64,000 nt of DNA, taken from the NCBI GenBank assembly GCA_047967505.1, contig CM106538.1; one strand, given 5' to 3'. Every line of letters starts with the position of its first letter. Position 1 is the stretch's first letter. A program made the translations under genes and the position numbers. The notes under the pieces were generated by a model. That model worked only from the letters and a program-made list of their open reading frames with translations, was not told the origin of the DNA and made no database searches. This document shows positions 24,874-36,904 of this stretch, one piece after another. This stretch comes from Dipteris shenzhenensis. Taxonomy: Eukaryota.

Positions 24874-27800
24874 GTCCACAGGAGACCTCACGGGTCTATG
24901 GGACAAAATGCACACCAAAATCATCAACATCAGTTAGAGATTGAGAGTGTTAGATTCTCACTGTGCCCACGTGTGAGCCCCTGATTTGAGGGGACAAGGG
25001 GCAGTGAGAGGTAGGAGGGCTGGGAGAGAGACTCAGGCCAGAAACAGAGGGAGGACAGCATGGAAGAAATAGGCGACCAGCACACGGGCTGGTCGCTGCC
25101 TGCAACAGCAGGTATATAGGGGCTTTAGGCCTCACGTGGAGGCTCCTGCAGCAGCGCAGACTGGCTGCACAGGACACCCTTATATAGGGGCCTGTGGCAG
25201 GCCAAGTCGGCCCAACCAGGGCCACCGACCAGGGCCAACCCTGGGCGGTTTAATGGGGCCCATGTGGTCGGCCACCAAACAGGGTACCGACCCTGCTGGT
25301 TGGTCATCTGAAGGGGCCTAGCATCCAGTGCGAAACTGAAAGCCCCTCTCCAAGGCTGTGTTCTGCACTCAGATCTGGAGCAGTTTCAGAGAGAGAGTTC
25401 ATCATTGTTTTCCAGCACCCTGCTGAGTTTTGTATTGCTCCCTTGGAGTCATTTTCTGCCCACCATCCGGTGGATGAATATACTCTCTCTCTCTCCGTCT
25501 ATATTTCTGAGTGTGTGTTTGTTGCATCTGTGATCATCTATCTGAGTTGAGTGTGTGAGAGTTGGAGAGATCTTGGGTGGAGGATTGAATGATTCATTCC
25601 CTCCTATTTTCTAACATTGTATCAGAGCCATAGGCTCTCAACTCTTCTTCATCAAAGCACTCTCTAAAGGAGGAGTCCCTTGGTAGAGAGGCGATTCTGT
25701 TTTCAGCTCAGGCTAGCACGGGAGGTCAGTACATCTTTTTTGCTTCAGTTTTTCAGTTTGCTATTCACCAAGATGGATCAGCGTTCAGAAGCTTCTACAC
25801 CCACTGCTCGTCCTTCCTCCTCTTGTCATCTTCCTTCTTCATTCATTCCAAATTTTTGTGAAGTTGGAAAGCTCGATGGGATGAACTATCCAATTTGGAA
25901 AGTCAAGATCCGAAGCCCTCTGGTGGCACGGAAGCTATGGAAGATAGTGATTGGGACCGAGATGAAGCCGGAGGACATTGTGGACAAAAGAGGTGATGTT
26001 CTATTTGAAGCAGATGCGGATGAACTCAATTCATGGGAGGAGAGGGATGCTCAAGCCTTAGCAATGCTAATTGGCACGACAACAGATGCTGTGATCCCTC
26101 ATATCCAGTTGGCAGAGACGTCTTTAGAGGCATGGGCCATACTGAAGGAGCTGTATGAAACCGATTTTACAACGCGTATCATTACTCTTCAGCATCAACT
26201 TTATAATCTTGATATGAATGAGGGTGATAGTGTGCATGACCATCTGACAAAGGTGATAGTGTGCATGATGGACTCTCTCTCAATGGAGGAGTAGGCCTAT
26301 AAAAGGCCTACTCCTCCATTGAGAGAGAGTCCATCAGTTTTCTCCAGCAGTCTGTTGTGTTTTGTACTGCTCCCTTGGAGCTATTTTTCTGCCCACCATC
26401 TGGTGGATGAATATACTCTCTCTCTCTCTCTCCGTCCATATTTATTTCTGAGTTGAGTGTGTGTAAGAGTTGGAGAGATCTTGGGTGGAGGTTTGAGTGA
26501 TTCATTCCCTCTTGATTTCTAACATGGTATCAGAGCCATAGGCTCTCAACTCTTCTTGATCAAAGCACTCTCTGAAGGAAGGAGTCCCTTGGCAGGAAGG
26601 CGATTCTGTTTTCAGCTCAGGCTAGCACAGGAGGTCAGTACATCTTTTTTTGCTTCAGTTTTTCAGTTTGCTATTCACCGAGATGGATCAGCGTTCAGAA
26701 GCCTCTACACCCACTGCTCGTCCTTTCTCCTTCTCCAATCATCTTCCTTCTTCATTTATTCCCAATTTTGGTGAAGCTGGAAAGCTCGATGGGATGAACT
26801 ATCCAATCTGGAAAGTCAAGATCCGAAGCCATCTGTTGGCACGGAAGCTGTGGAAGATAGTGATTGGGGCCGAGGAGAAGCCGGAGGACAGTGTGGACAA
26901 AAGACGTGAAGTTTTAGTTGAAGCAGATGCGGATGAACTCATTGCATGGGAGGAGAGGGATGCTCAAGCCTTAGCAATGCTAATTGGCACGCTGTGATTC
27001 CTCATATCCAGTTGGCAGGGACGTCTTGGCCATACTGAAGGAGCTGTATGAAACCGATAATACAGCCTGTATCATTACTCTTCAGCACCAGCTTTATAAT
27101 CTTGATATGAATGAGGGTGATAGTGTGCATGACCATCTGACAAAGGTGAAAGTCGTGCGGGACCAGCTCGCAGTGGTTGGTCAGAAGGTGGACTCGAGTC
27201 AATTGGCATTGCTCACACTCCACAAGTTGCCACGGAGTTTAAAAAGTTTTGTGACTACGGTCACTGCGGGTCAACGGACCAAGCCAATCACCTTTGAGGA
27301 GCTTGGCCCACTACTACTTCGGGTGTGTACTTTCCATGGTTTTGAACCAAGTCTTTCTGTTAGACATGTGCTTTGAAGCACCGATGTCAACATACCAACC
27401 CTCTTTTCCTTCAGTGACTGCATATGCTGAACAATGTTCATTGATTAAAAACAACTGTCCAGTTGTCACATTGGCAGAATCATTCTTAGGCTCTTCTTTG
27501 TTCCTGGCTTCTCTCTTCCGCTTTTGATCCGCCTTCTTCTTTCGGCATTCTTTGGCGGAGTGGCCAAGCTTTTCATAGTAAAAGCACTTCATTTTCTTCT
27601 TTCGGTCAGCGTCCTCTGACTTCTTGAACTCCTTTGGCTTGCCTTTTCCAGGCTTGTCTTTGGCCACTAATGCCTTCTCGTTGGTTTGCGTAAAGAGTTT
27701 CTCTCGAGCCTCCTCCCGGATTCCAAAGTTTCTGTCGGGGGTAGCCGGACGTGTCTTGTGAAGGGCATTGGTAGTATTCCTTTCATTACAACCGCGGGTG

Positions 27801-30800
27801 AGGAGAAGGATATCTTTGGAGTACTTTATGTACCCAACCTTTGCAAGAACTTACTGTTTGTAAGTCAGATGGACAACAACATGGCAGTTCTCTTTCAAGA
27901 TGGCAAGGTCACTGTGACATCCAAAGCAAATGGACAGATGGTGGCTCAAGGAATTGAAGAGAACGGACTGTACCGCCTCAGTGCAATGTTGGTTCATGAA
28001 GACAACGGAAAGTCCAAACTTTGGCATGAGCGCTTCGGTCACGTCAGCTATGGAACCTTGCTTGAAATGTCAAAGTCGAAGATGGTGGATGGACTTCCAC
28101 CAATTACAGGCAAGGATGGTGTCTGTAGGGCTTGTCTAGAAGGCAAGTAGCACAGGGACAAGTTCCCACAAGAGGCCTCGTTTCGGACCAGCAAACCTCT
28201 TGAGTTGGTTCATGCTGACAGTTGTGGCCCAATGTCTATAGCATCGTGGGCAGGTTCCAAGTACTCACTTCTCTTTGTGGATGATTTCAGTAGAATGACC
28301 TGGGTGTATTGTTTGGCTAAAAAGTCACAGGCTTTCGAGAAGTTCAAGGACTGGAAGGCCAGAGTTGAAAAGGAGACAGCGGAGGATGTCAAGACGTTCT
28401 GTACAGACAGGGGGGAGAATTCACCTCAAATGAGTTTCACACATTTTGTCGCAAGCATGGGATCAAGCGACAACTCACCACAGCACATACTTCTCAGCAA
28501 AATGGGGTAGCCGAGAGGAAGCATAGAACCACCACGGAGATAGGGCTTGCTATGCTCCGAGGGAGGAACCTTTCTAAAGCCTATTGGAGTGAAGCTATCA
28601 ATACAGCCGTACACATTCTCAACAGGACCAAGATGAAGGCGGTCAAGGACAAGGCTCCATATGAAGAAGCCCTCTGTCACTCATCTTCGCATTTTTGGTT
28701 CTAACGCATGGGTGCATGTGCACCAGGAAGACAGGACCAAGCTTGATTCCCGAAGCAGAAAATGTATCTTTGTTGGGTATAGCGAAGAATCCAAGGCCTA
28801 TCGACTCTTCGACCTAGTAAAGAAGCAGATCCTTATTAGTCGGGATGTCGTCTTTGAGAAAAAGGAACCTGAACCCCAGGAGGAGCCTCAGATTGAGGAG
28901 AAGGAGATTGTTCAACCCCCAAACCCACCCCGGCCCAGGTTGACCATCCAAGAGGTGGCGAAATTGGAAGCTGATGTTCCACGAGGTACTGAGGAAGAGA
29001 AGGATGTTTTAGAAGCAGTTCCAGTTCCTCCTCCCACTGAGAAGCAGAACAGGTTGCCCCAATGGTACCTAAGAACATTGGAAGACTCTCGGGTCACTGA
29101 AATACTTGAGAGTAGCAGTTCTGGATTGCTTCGGTCCCAACATCTTCAGAAGACCCCATCAGTGAATTTTGCGTTGGTGGCTCAGCTTGAAGAGCCAAGG
29201 ACCTTTGAGGAGGTGAAGGACAATCCAGAATGGCAGGCTGCCATGCAGGCAGAGATGGATGCTATCCTGAAGAACAATACCTGGGACTTAGTGGCCAGGC
29301 TCCTGCGACAGAAAGTAATCGGCACTAAGTGGGTATACAAATTTAAATACAAATCAGACGGCAGCTTGGATAAGTACAAAGCAAGGTTAGTGGTCAAAGG
29401 TTTTGCTCAAATTGAAGGCATGGATTTTGATGAAACTTTTGCTCCCACAGCTTGCATGGTTACTGCCCTTGCTACCCAATTCCAGTGGCCTATTTTTCAA
29501 ATGGACGTGAAGTCCGCATTCCTTAATGGAACCCTGGAGGAGGAGGTATACGTAGAGCAGCCACCGGGCTTTCAAGATCCAGGGTCCCCATTAAAGGTCT
29601 GCAGGTTGAAGAAGGTGTTATACGGGCTGAAATAGGCCCCCAGAGCTTGGTACCAAAGGATTGATGTATTCTTTCATAAGATAGGGCTATGTCGGAGCCC
29701 TTCTGAGGCAAAACTCTACTTGTTCATTGAGAAGGGGTTGCGATTGGTACTCATCCTCTATGTTGATGATCTTATCTTGGACAGGTGACCATGTCAAGAA
29801 GATTTCTCAGGTCAAAGAGCTACTCATGTCTGAGTTTGAGATGACTGACCTTGGGTTATTACATTACTTGCTTGGGATAGAAGTAAACTAGGCCAAAGGC
29901 AGGATCTTCATTTCACAGGAGAAATATTGCAGAGGACTTCTGAAGAGATTCCAGATGGAGGATTGTAGGACAGCAGTAACTCCCATGGGAGGTCGGGCTC
30001 AAGCTAGTGTTCACGACACATCCTAGCCGGTCGATACTCCTTTGTACCGACCATTGGTAGGAGGTTTGCTTTACCTTACCAATACTCGACCTGATATTTG
30101 TTATGCAGTTGGGCGTTTATGCCAGTTCTCTGCTTCTCCTAGGAAGAGTCATTGGGATGCAGGCTTACGGGTGCTGAGGTATCTTAAGGGTACTTGCACC
30201 TATAGGATCACCTATACCAAAGGCATCGAACTAGGCGGGTTCTGTGATTGGGCGGGTGATGCTGACACCAGAAGATCAACAACAGGGTATTGCTTCTTAC
30301 TTGCATCTGGTGCCATCTCTTGGCTGAGTAAGAAGCAACCCATAGTGGCCCTTTCATCTACAGACACAGAGTACAGAGCCGCGTGTACAGCAGCTTGTGA
30401 GACATTGTGGCTGAGGTGGATTCTGGAGGACATGGACGTGTGTCAGGAGAGCGCAACAGTGCTGATGTGCGACAATCAGAGTTGCATAGCCATTGTCAAG
30501 AATCCAGTGTACCATGCACGGACCAAGCATATTGAAGTTCATTACCACTTTGTTCGAGAACTCATCATCGACCACGTGATCAAGCTCATGTACTATCCGA
30601 CCGTCGACAACTTGTCCGACCTCTTCATGAAGGCACTCCCTCGAGAACAGATGGAGCACCTCATCAGACGTATGGGGATTGGCCCACAGTTGTGACATTG
30701 AGGGGGGGTGTCAGATTCTCACTGTGCCCAGCTGTGAGCCCCTGATTTGAGGGGACAAGGGGCAGTGAGAGGTAGGAGGGCTGGGAGAGAGACTCAGGCC

Positions 30801-32320
30801 AGAAACAGAGGGAGGACAGCATGGAAGAAATAGGCGACCAGCACATGGGCTGGTCGCTGCCTGCAACAGCAGGTATATAGGGGCTTTAGGCCTCACGTGG
30901 AGGCTCCTGCAGCAGCGCAGACTGCCTGCACAGGGCACCCTTATATAGGGGCCTGTGGCAGGCCAAGTCGGCCCAACCAGGGCCACCGAGCAGGGCCAAA
31001 CCCTGGTCGGTTTAATGGGGCCCATGTGGTCGGCCACCAGACAGGGTACCGATCCTGCTTGTCGGTCATCTGAAGGGGCCTGGGCAGTGCCTATAAAAGG
31101 CCCACTTCTCCATTCAGCCCAGCATCCAGTGCGAAACTGAAAGCCCCTCTCCAAGGCTGTGTTCTGCACTCAGATCTGGAGCAGTTTCTGAGAGAGAGTT
31201 CATCATTGTTTTCCAACAGCTTGCTGAGTTTTGTATTGCTCCCTTGGAGCCATTTTCTGTCCACCATCCGGTGGATGAATATACTCTCTCTCTCTCCGTC
31301 TATATTTCTGAGTGTGTGTTTGTTGCATCTGTGATCATCTATCTGAGTTGAGTGTGTGAGAGTTTGAGAGATCTTGGGTGGAGGATTGAGTGATTCATTC
31401 CCTCCTTTTTTCTAACAGAGAGTCTATGGGGGAGTATAGCAGCGCAGCCCCAAATTATTATAGCATAACTACATTCAAGTACTATATTAAAGGTGGTCTG
31501 AATAACATCAGTTTAAGACTTAAGAGTCTTTGGGTTTAGGTTTGAAATCTCTAATGAGTGCTTGCCCGTCTTGATAAACCGCCCATTTACCTTCTTTCCT
31601 TGCTTCTTTCACTTTGATAAGTTCATTTGCCCTTTGTTTGAGTTGGGTCGGAGTGAGCTCTTTAGATATCCAAATCCTAGTACCCTTGAGCTTGTTGGTT
31701 TGTCTAAGGATCTAGGTTCTTAGAGTCCTTTCTTTGAAATAAATCTGTGCTTGGTTTCCCTTTCGAGTGATAAGACTTATGCCATTTTCATCCCAACCGA
31801 TTTGTGGCACTGCCTTCTTGAGTTGGATAATCTTTTCCTCATCAATACATTCCTCTTCCTCTTCCATTTCAAAATAGCTAAGGCAACTATCTTGCAATCC
31901 CCCAATACGTAAAATCTTATTGCTACTTGCTATGGCTTGCTGCTCTCTTACCTCTGTATAAACATCACATTTGTCGATTTTGTTATGTATTGTTGCTGTA
32001 ATTTCCTGTCCCATGGATTCGAGCTGAGTGGTGACCATTTCTTGGACCTTGGCTACAAGCTGTGGTGTAGGAGTTGCAGTATTGCATTGCTGTAGGACTT
32101 CTTGGGTTACCTCCTGTCTGCCTTCATTCTTCATTTCTGAAACTGTCTTCTCTAGGGAAGCAATACGGAGCTTTGCATCTCCGAGTTCTTGTTGTAGGAA
32201 GTAGATCCGCTCATGTGGATCAAGCTTGCTTTGAAATTTGTGAAAAGTCAAGGCATAAGGAGAAGGTGTCGACGCCATGGCGGTGTAGGATGGCTTCTTG
32301 TTAGCTGGAGTCGATGGAAA
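24874..32320 (-). mobile_element. ORF1-only non-autonomous non-LTR element, copy 2, interrupted by the Copia at 24948-31417
   Basis: ORF 31712-32278 and its in-frame continuation (KLKGTRIWISKELT...GKWAVYQDG...KPKDS) are homologous to copy 1. After removing the Copia, the 3' UTR ends in the hairpin at 24874-24904. Confidence 0.75.
24948..31417 (+). mobile_element. Full-length but rearranged Ty1/Copia retrotransposon (LTRs 24948-25616 and 30709-31417; extra partial LTR-PBS-gag; internal inversion)
   Basis: TG...CA LTRs with a perfect GAGAG TSD (24943-24947 and 31418-31422). PBS at 25617 (TTGTATCAGAGCC) and 26525 (TGGTATCAGAGCC), PPT at 30700-30708. Gag, integrase, RT and RNase H motifs are present with stops and frameshifts. 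Confidence 0.96.
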
Positions 32321-33429
32321 GAGCTGCCATCCTCTGAGACATCACATGCACCGCTGCCATCCTCAGAAGAGAAGTGAAAACCAGGCTCTAATGGTGTGGA
32401 TACTGGCTTGCAATCCTCAAACTGAAAACGCTGCAAAAGCTGTCCAATATACTTGGATTGTGACATCAAAATGCCCCTCTCATTGCTAGCAAATTGGATG
32501 TCCAGATAGTAGTGTAAAAGATGAAGATCAGACATAGCAAATGTCTTCTGCAAGTCAAGCTAAAAAGCTGCAATTTGCTCAGTATGTGTCCCAATCACAA
32601 GCATGTCATCCACACAAAGGACCAAAATCAGCAAATCTGTCCCACTCTTGCAGATGTAAAGGGCAGCCTCCGTGGGGTTGCTCTGAAAGCCAAGAGTGAG
32701 CAAATAAGTATGTATCCTGGAATACCAAGCCTGAGGTGCCCGCTTCAATCCATAGAGGGCTTTCTTTAAGCGGCATACCTTGCTTTCAGGACCTTCAACC
32801 TCAAAGCCAAGAGGTTGGGAAACATAGACCTCTTCCTGCAAATGCCCATGAAGGAAAGTTGTCTTGATATCAAGTTGGTGTACCCACCAATGAAAGTGGG
32901 CAGCAAAGGCAATAACAATGCGAATAGTAGTGATCCTGGAAGTGGGGGCAAAAGTCTCCTCAAAGTCATCCAATGGCATTCTTGCCAGGAGGCAAGTCAC
33001 ACAACTCTCAACTGCTATTCTGATAGAATCAATCCAATTCAGCTTGCATAGCCTTCAACCAACAATCAATTTGAAAGGCATCTCTATGGCATAAGGGCTC
33101 GTCATTGCATGCTGTAGCAACCAATGCATAAGCAACAAAACTAGCATGCTGTGTCTAGTATGGGCTGGCATAGGAGTATCCTATTTGCTGTCTTTTAATG
33201 TGTCAAGGAGCCAACGGGGGACCTTTTTGGGCTCCTAGATTTCAGCTCTTTCCTGGTCAAGAGCGTTGTGCACATTGTCCTGATCAATCGGAGGCATATT
33301 CAGCTGAATATGCTTTTGGACGAAATAGGGCATCAAGCACTGAACGAGCGTTGCTGAATTCTGATCGTTGAAAAGGTTTCCTTGAATCATTGGAAGAGCT
33401 CAACCAATGGCATCATATAGAACAAGGGA

Positions 33430-34790
33430 GCTCTTAGAAGCAATAATACAGACTGGCAGTTGTGATGGGCCAGGCACGGTCACCTGCTCCTGTCTCCTTA
33501 ACTAGATGAGACTATTTCTATGCTGAATTGCCTCGTGAACAAAAGCTGCTAGATATCTCTGATCTGGGTATAGGAGTCTGGAGAGGTCCTCGAATCCGTA
33601 TCTGAAAAGGCAATGGTATCATCCACAAATCTCATAGTAGATAGGGCAACGGAAGAAAATGTGTTCCTCTGTCTCCACCTCATGGCGCTCACACAATGTT
33701 CAGATACGACTCTCCCTGGGTATTCCCTCTGCTCGCCCACTCTCGATACGGAGTCGGTGCGATGACACACGTAAATGTCCAAGGGCAATCCTGAGTGAAT
33801 GTGGTAGGTGGATCTGGGTGTACCCCGGTGGGATGATGAAACCCTCCGCTGAAATGTGCAAGCAGTGGTCCCGATAGAAACTGAGCTTCATAGGGAGCTC
33901 TGCCTGTGCTAGCTAGGCGCTAGCTGTAGGAGATCCTCCCGTACGATTGGGTTGAATTCGTTGCCTTGGAACGGAACAAATGGGGCGTCAATGATGTACT
34001 GGAAGGGTGGCAGCCTGTCTATATGAAAACCCAATCTCTCAAACCACCTGCATGTGCACGCGTACCGATATCTCTCATCACCCTTAGCCATAGAAGATGC
34101 TAGTGCCAACCAAGGTAGCCTGTGTCGCCCTGTGGTACATGTGCCATACACGCGCACGTGGTAGAGGTAAATGATAGTCTAGAATGCCGCATCGAACTTT
34201 AGTTGGGATACCCCGAACTTAGCTTGAATGATTTGATGAGGGACAAATGGCTTGCTGCGTATCATCCGCGAGAGTAGGAGAACCTGTAATCTCTCCAGTT
34301 GAGTCCACAGAGAGGTCTGGTTTCGAGCAGGTGCCACCATACATGCCTGCAGGTCGGACCAAGGAGTCGAAAGAAGAACCTTGGTCCGTGGGTTTTGAAA
34401 GTGCAAGTGGAAACAGTCTCTCCAGTCGGGCTAGGGAGGCATAACCTCTACTCAGGCATGCCTGCATCGCCGGTCTCATCGTGAAGATAGGTCCAGAAAA
34501 CAGAACTCTGAAGTATGTGTATGATGAAACGATCTCAACTGGTGCCCGTCAAAAGTAAACTGCTCTCTGTGTGCAGCCGCTCTGGAGGTGTTGAAGATCA
34601 CAGCCTTGGTTTTACCCAAGTTGACCTTCAAGTCATGGGACTTGCTAAAAGCCAGTAGTACATCTAAATGTCTTTGGAGCGCCTTAGTGGAGAGCAACCA
34701 GCTCCTCCTAGTGTCCTCATAAAAGACTCAAGCTCGTCTATGTAGAGGCGAAACAAGGTCGGTGAGAGTGGAGCCGAACAGGCAGCCAAG
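33430..34790 (-). mobile_element. RTE-like LINE ORF2 fragment
   Basis: LSPTLFRLYIDELE, KVNLGKTKAVIFN, RGYASLARLER and KLSFYRDH...LRVSSHRLRIESGR. Confidence 0.85.
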
Positions 34791-34894
34791 GTGGAGCGGG
34801 AGCAGCGAGCGGGGGCGGAGTGGGAGGAGTGACGAGGGGCGGCAGAGCAGAGCAGGAGGGTGAGCAGGGGCAGAGCGGGAGGAGCGAGCGAGCG

Positions 34895-34942
<48 letters not shown>

Positions 34943-35907
34943 AATCAGGCAAAAGAAGCAACTTGGATATGTCACAAACACAGAAGACAACAGTCCAACC
35001 TCAACAAGAGCCAGGTGTGACAAATGCTTGCATGGCACTACAATACTCTCAGCAGTGACCATGGATAGCGATCAAACTTAGAAAGAGTTGGAGAAAATAA
35101 TTCATGCAAAAAGATTATGCTCAAAAGTGCTAGATAACATTATAGAATTTGAAGATGCTAATCTTGATACAGAGTGTAATACCCATCTCAAAAAGCACTC
35201 TCAGTGCGCTTAGGTACCAGACAGTCTGATTTAAATATATGGTATACTGTGCACATGCGCTTTACAAAAGATTGATTCAAAGCAATCAAGACATTGGACA
35301 AATCTTGAATATCTATGTAGTGATGATGGCAAGTTAACCAATTAAAGGCATAGGAGATATCAAGTGTATCTAAGTAATGAATTACAGAATCACGTATCAA
35401 CAGTAGCCAAGAATTCAATCTCCATATTGGGAATCATTGATCACAAAATCAATGATTCCCAATACAAAATGCAGAATATTTAGTCAAGATGAAATACTTG
35501 CACATGGCGTGCAAAATCATACACTGTACATGCTTTGGCAGTGATACAACATAGCAGAAAAAATATGCACATTTGCTAAAAGTGAAGCAACTTCATGGCA
35601 GCAATGAGACAGACACCTGAATTTCCAATCCTTTTAATTCGTTGATAAAAACGACTGATTTACCCTGGATCATGATGTGGGGATTCTGTGAAGGATGTGT
35701 GCATGGCAAGTAGCACAAGGGACCGTTTCCTACCAAAGAGGGCACATAGTCCATTGGTTTGGTTCACACAATTATCGAAAAATAATGGTAGACACACCAT
35801 CATTAAAAGAAATATATGTTTCATTACCTGGAAAGTATTTATTACGTCATGCAAAAGAGATCTTAAACCTTTGTAAAAAAGAACTTTAAACAATTTTCTC
35901 TTCTTTT

Positions 35908-35946
<39 letters not shown>

Positions 35947-35979
35947 CATGCATGCATATAGATAGATAGATAGATAGAG

Positions 35980-36052
<73 letters not shown>

Positions 36053-36101
36053 GCCCTTCTCTCTCCATACGCGCACGCACGCACGCACGCGCGCACGCGT
36101 G

Positions 36102-36160
<59 letters not shown>
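35908..36160. repeat. Compound microsatellite: (CA)n, (GATA)n, (AG)n, (GCAC)n, (TA)n
   Basis: Directly visible. Similar compound tracts lie at 22290-22350, 42400-42615 and 47595-47760. Confidence 0.95.
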
Positions 36161-36162
<2 letters not shown>

Positions 36163-36900
36163 TAACGTCCACGGGAGGCCTCGCGGGCCTATGGGACAAA
36201 GTACACAGAAAAGCAAACTCATACAAGCCTCAGTGGGCTGAAGCAAAGGGCACGCTAGGACCCTTGCTGAGTACTAATCTATGCTAACAAAGTCATAATC
36301 ATAGAAATAGTCAACTGCAACTGCATAGTGGGCCAGATCAATCTATCCAGTATCAGGAACAAATTGAAAAACAAGTCAGTCTTGGCACTGGGACTTAGAA
36401 ACAGAATGAGAAACCGAAGCTTGGTACAGTGATGGCTCTCTGCTGGGCTGCGAAGATGTCTCATATCTGTGTCTGTCGAGCTGTCTCGCGCTACGGTGGG
36501 GGACGCGGTCTCTTCCCTCTCTGGACTCTCTGAGCTATGTCCAGAGTGACCCCTCGTCTCTGTCGGTCCTCCCTGAGGAAAGCTGTGATAGGTCGGACCT
36601 CAATAGAGTGTACTCTGGGGACTCTCTGTCGCGCATGTGGTCTCTGCGTCCCTCTCTTGGTGGTACTGCGCCGGCTGCTCATCTAGATTGCTCTCATGTC
36701 GGCTAGCTCCTCCTCCAATCCACTGTGTTCAAGGGCTGACTCAAATGTATAGAAGTTTGTGATGCGTCGGTGTGCCCGGTCATCCTCTATGTCTTGTGAT
36801 GGTCTGGCCATCCCGTGCTGCTCTCTGATTTGTCGCAGAAGTGTCTCCCTGTGCTGACGCATCTCCATTAGATAAAACCCGATACAGACCTGGTCATGGA
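36160..36900 (-). mobile_element. 3' end of an RTE-like LINE with terminal hairpin
   Basis: Hairpin at 36167-36197 abuts (AG)n. The Arg-rich peptide ...RGVTLDIAQRVQRGKRPR resembles the ORF2 tail at 44232-44492. Confidence 0.55.
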
Positions 36901-36904
36901 GATG

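Larger units (their letters stand above)
23819..33400 (-). mobile_element. Ty1/Copia element (3' LTR 23819-24093; RNase H and RT end 24230-24870; RT 32330-33100), split by nested insertions
   Basis: LTR bounded TGTAGGC...GCCTACA with an adjacent PPT. The RT reads ...GACDVS (32335) then AVGCLIY...HTRPDLQY (24870). It is the same family as 3600-5978. The 5' part is missing. Confidence 0.85.

Noticed and set aside
30711-31169. 152-aa ORF, repeated in part at 24950-25225
   Set aside because: It lies antisense within the LTRs and has no recognisable domain.
35660-36246. Long ORFs with SLSLSL/CVCVCV runs (also 34664-35081, 42149-42748, 47592-48323)
   Set aside because: They are translations of microsatellites or low-complexity leaders.
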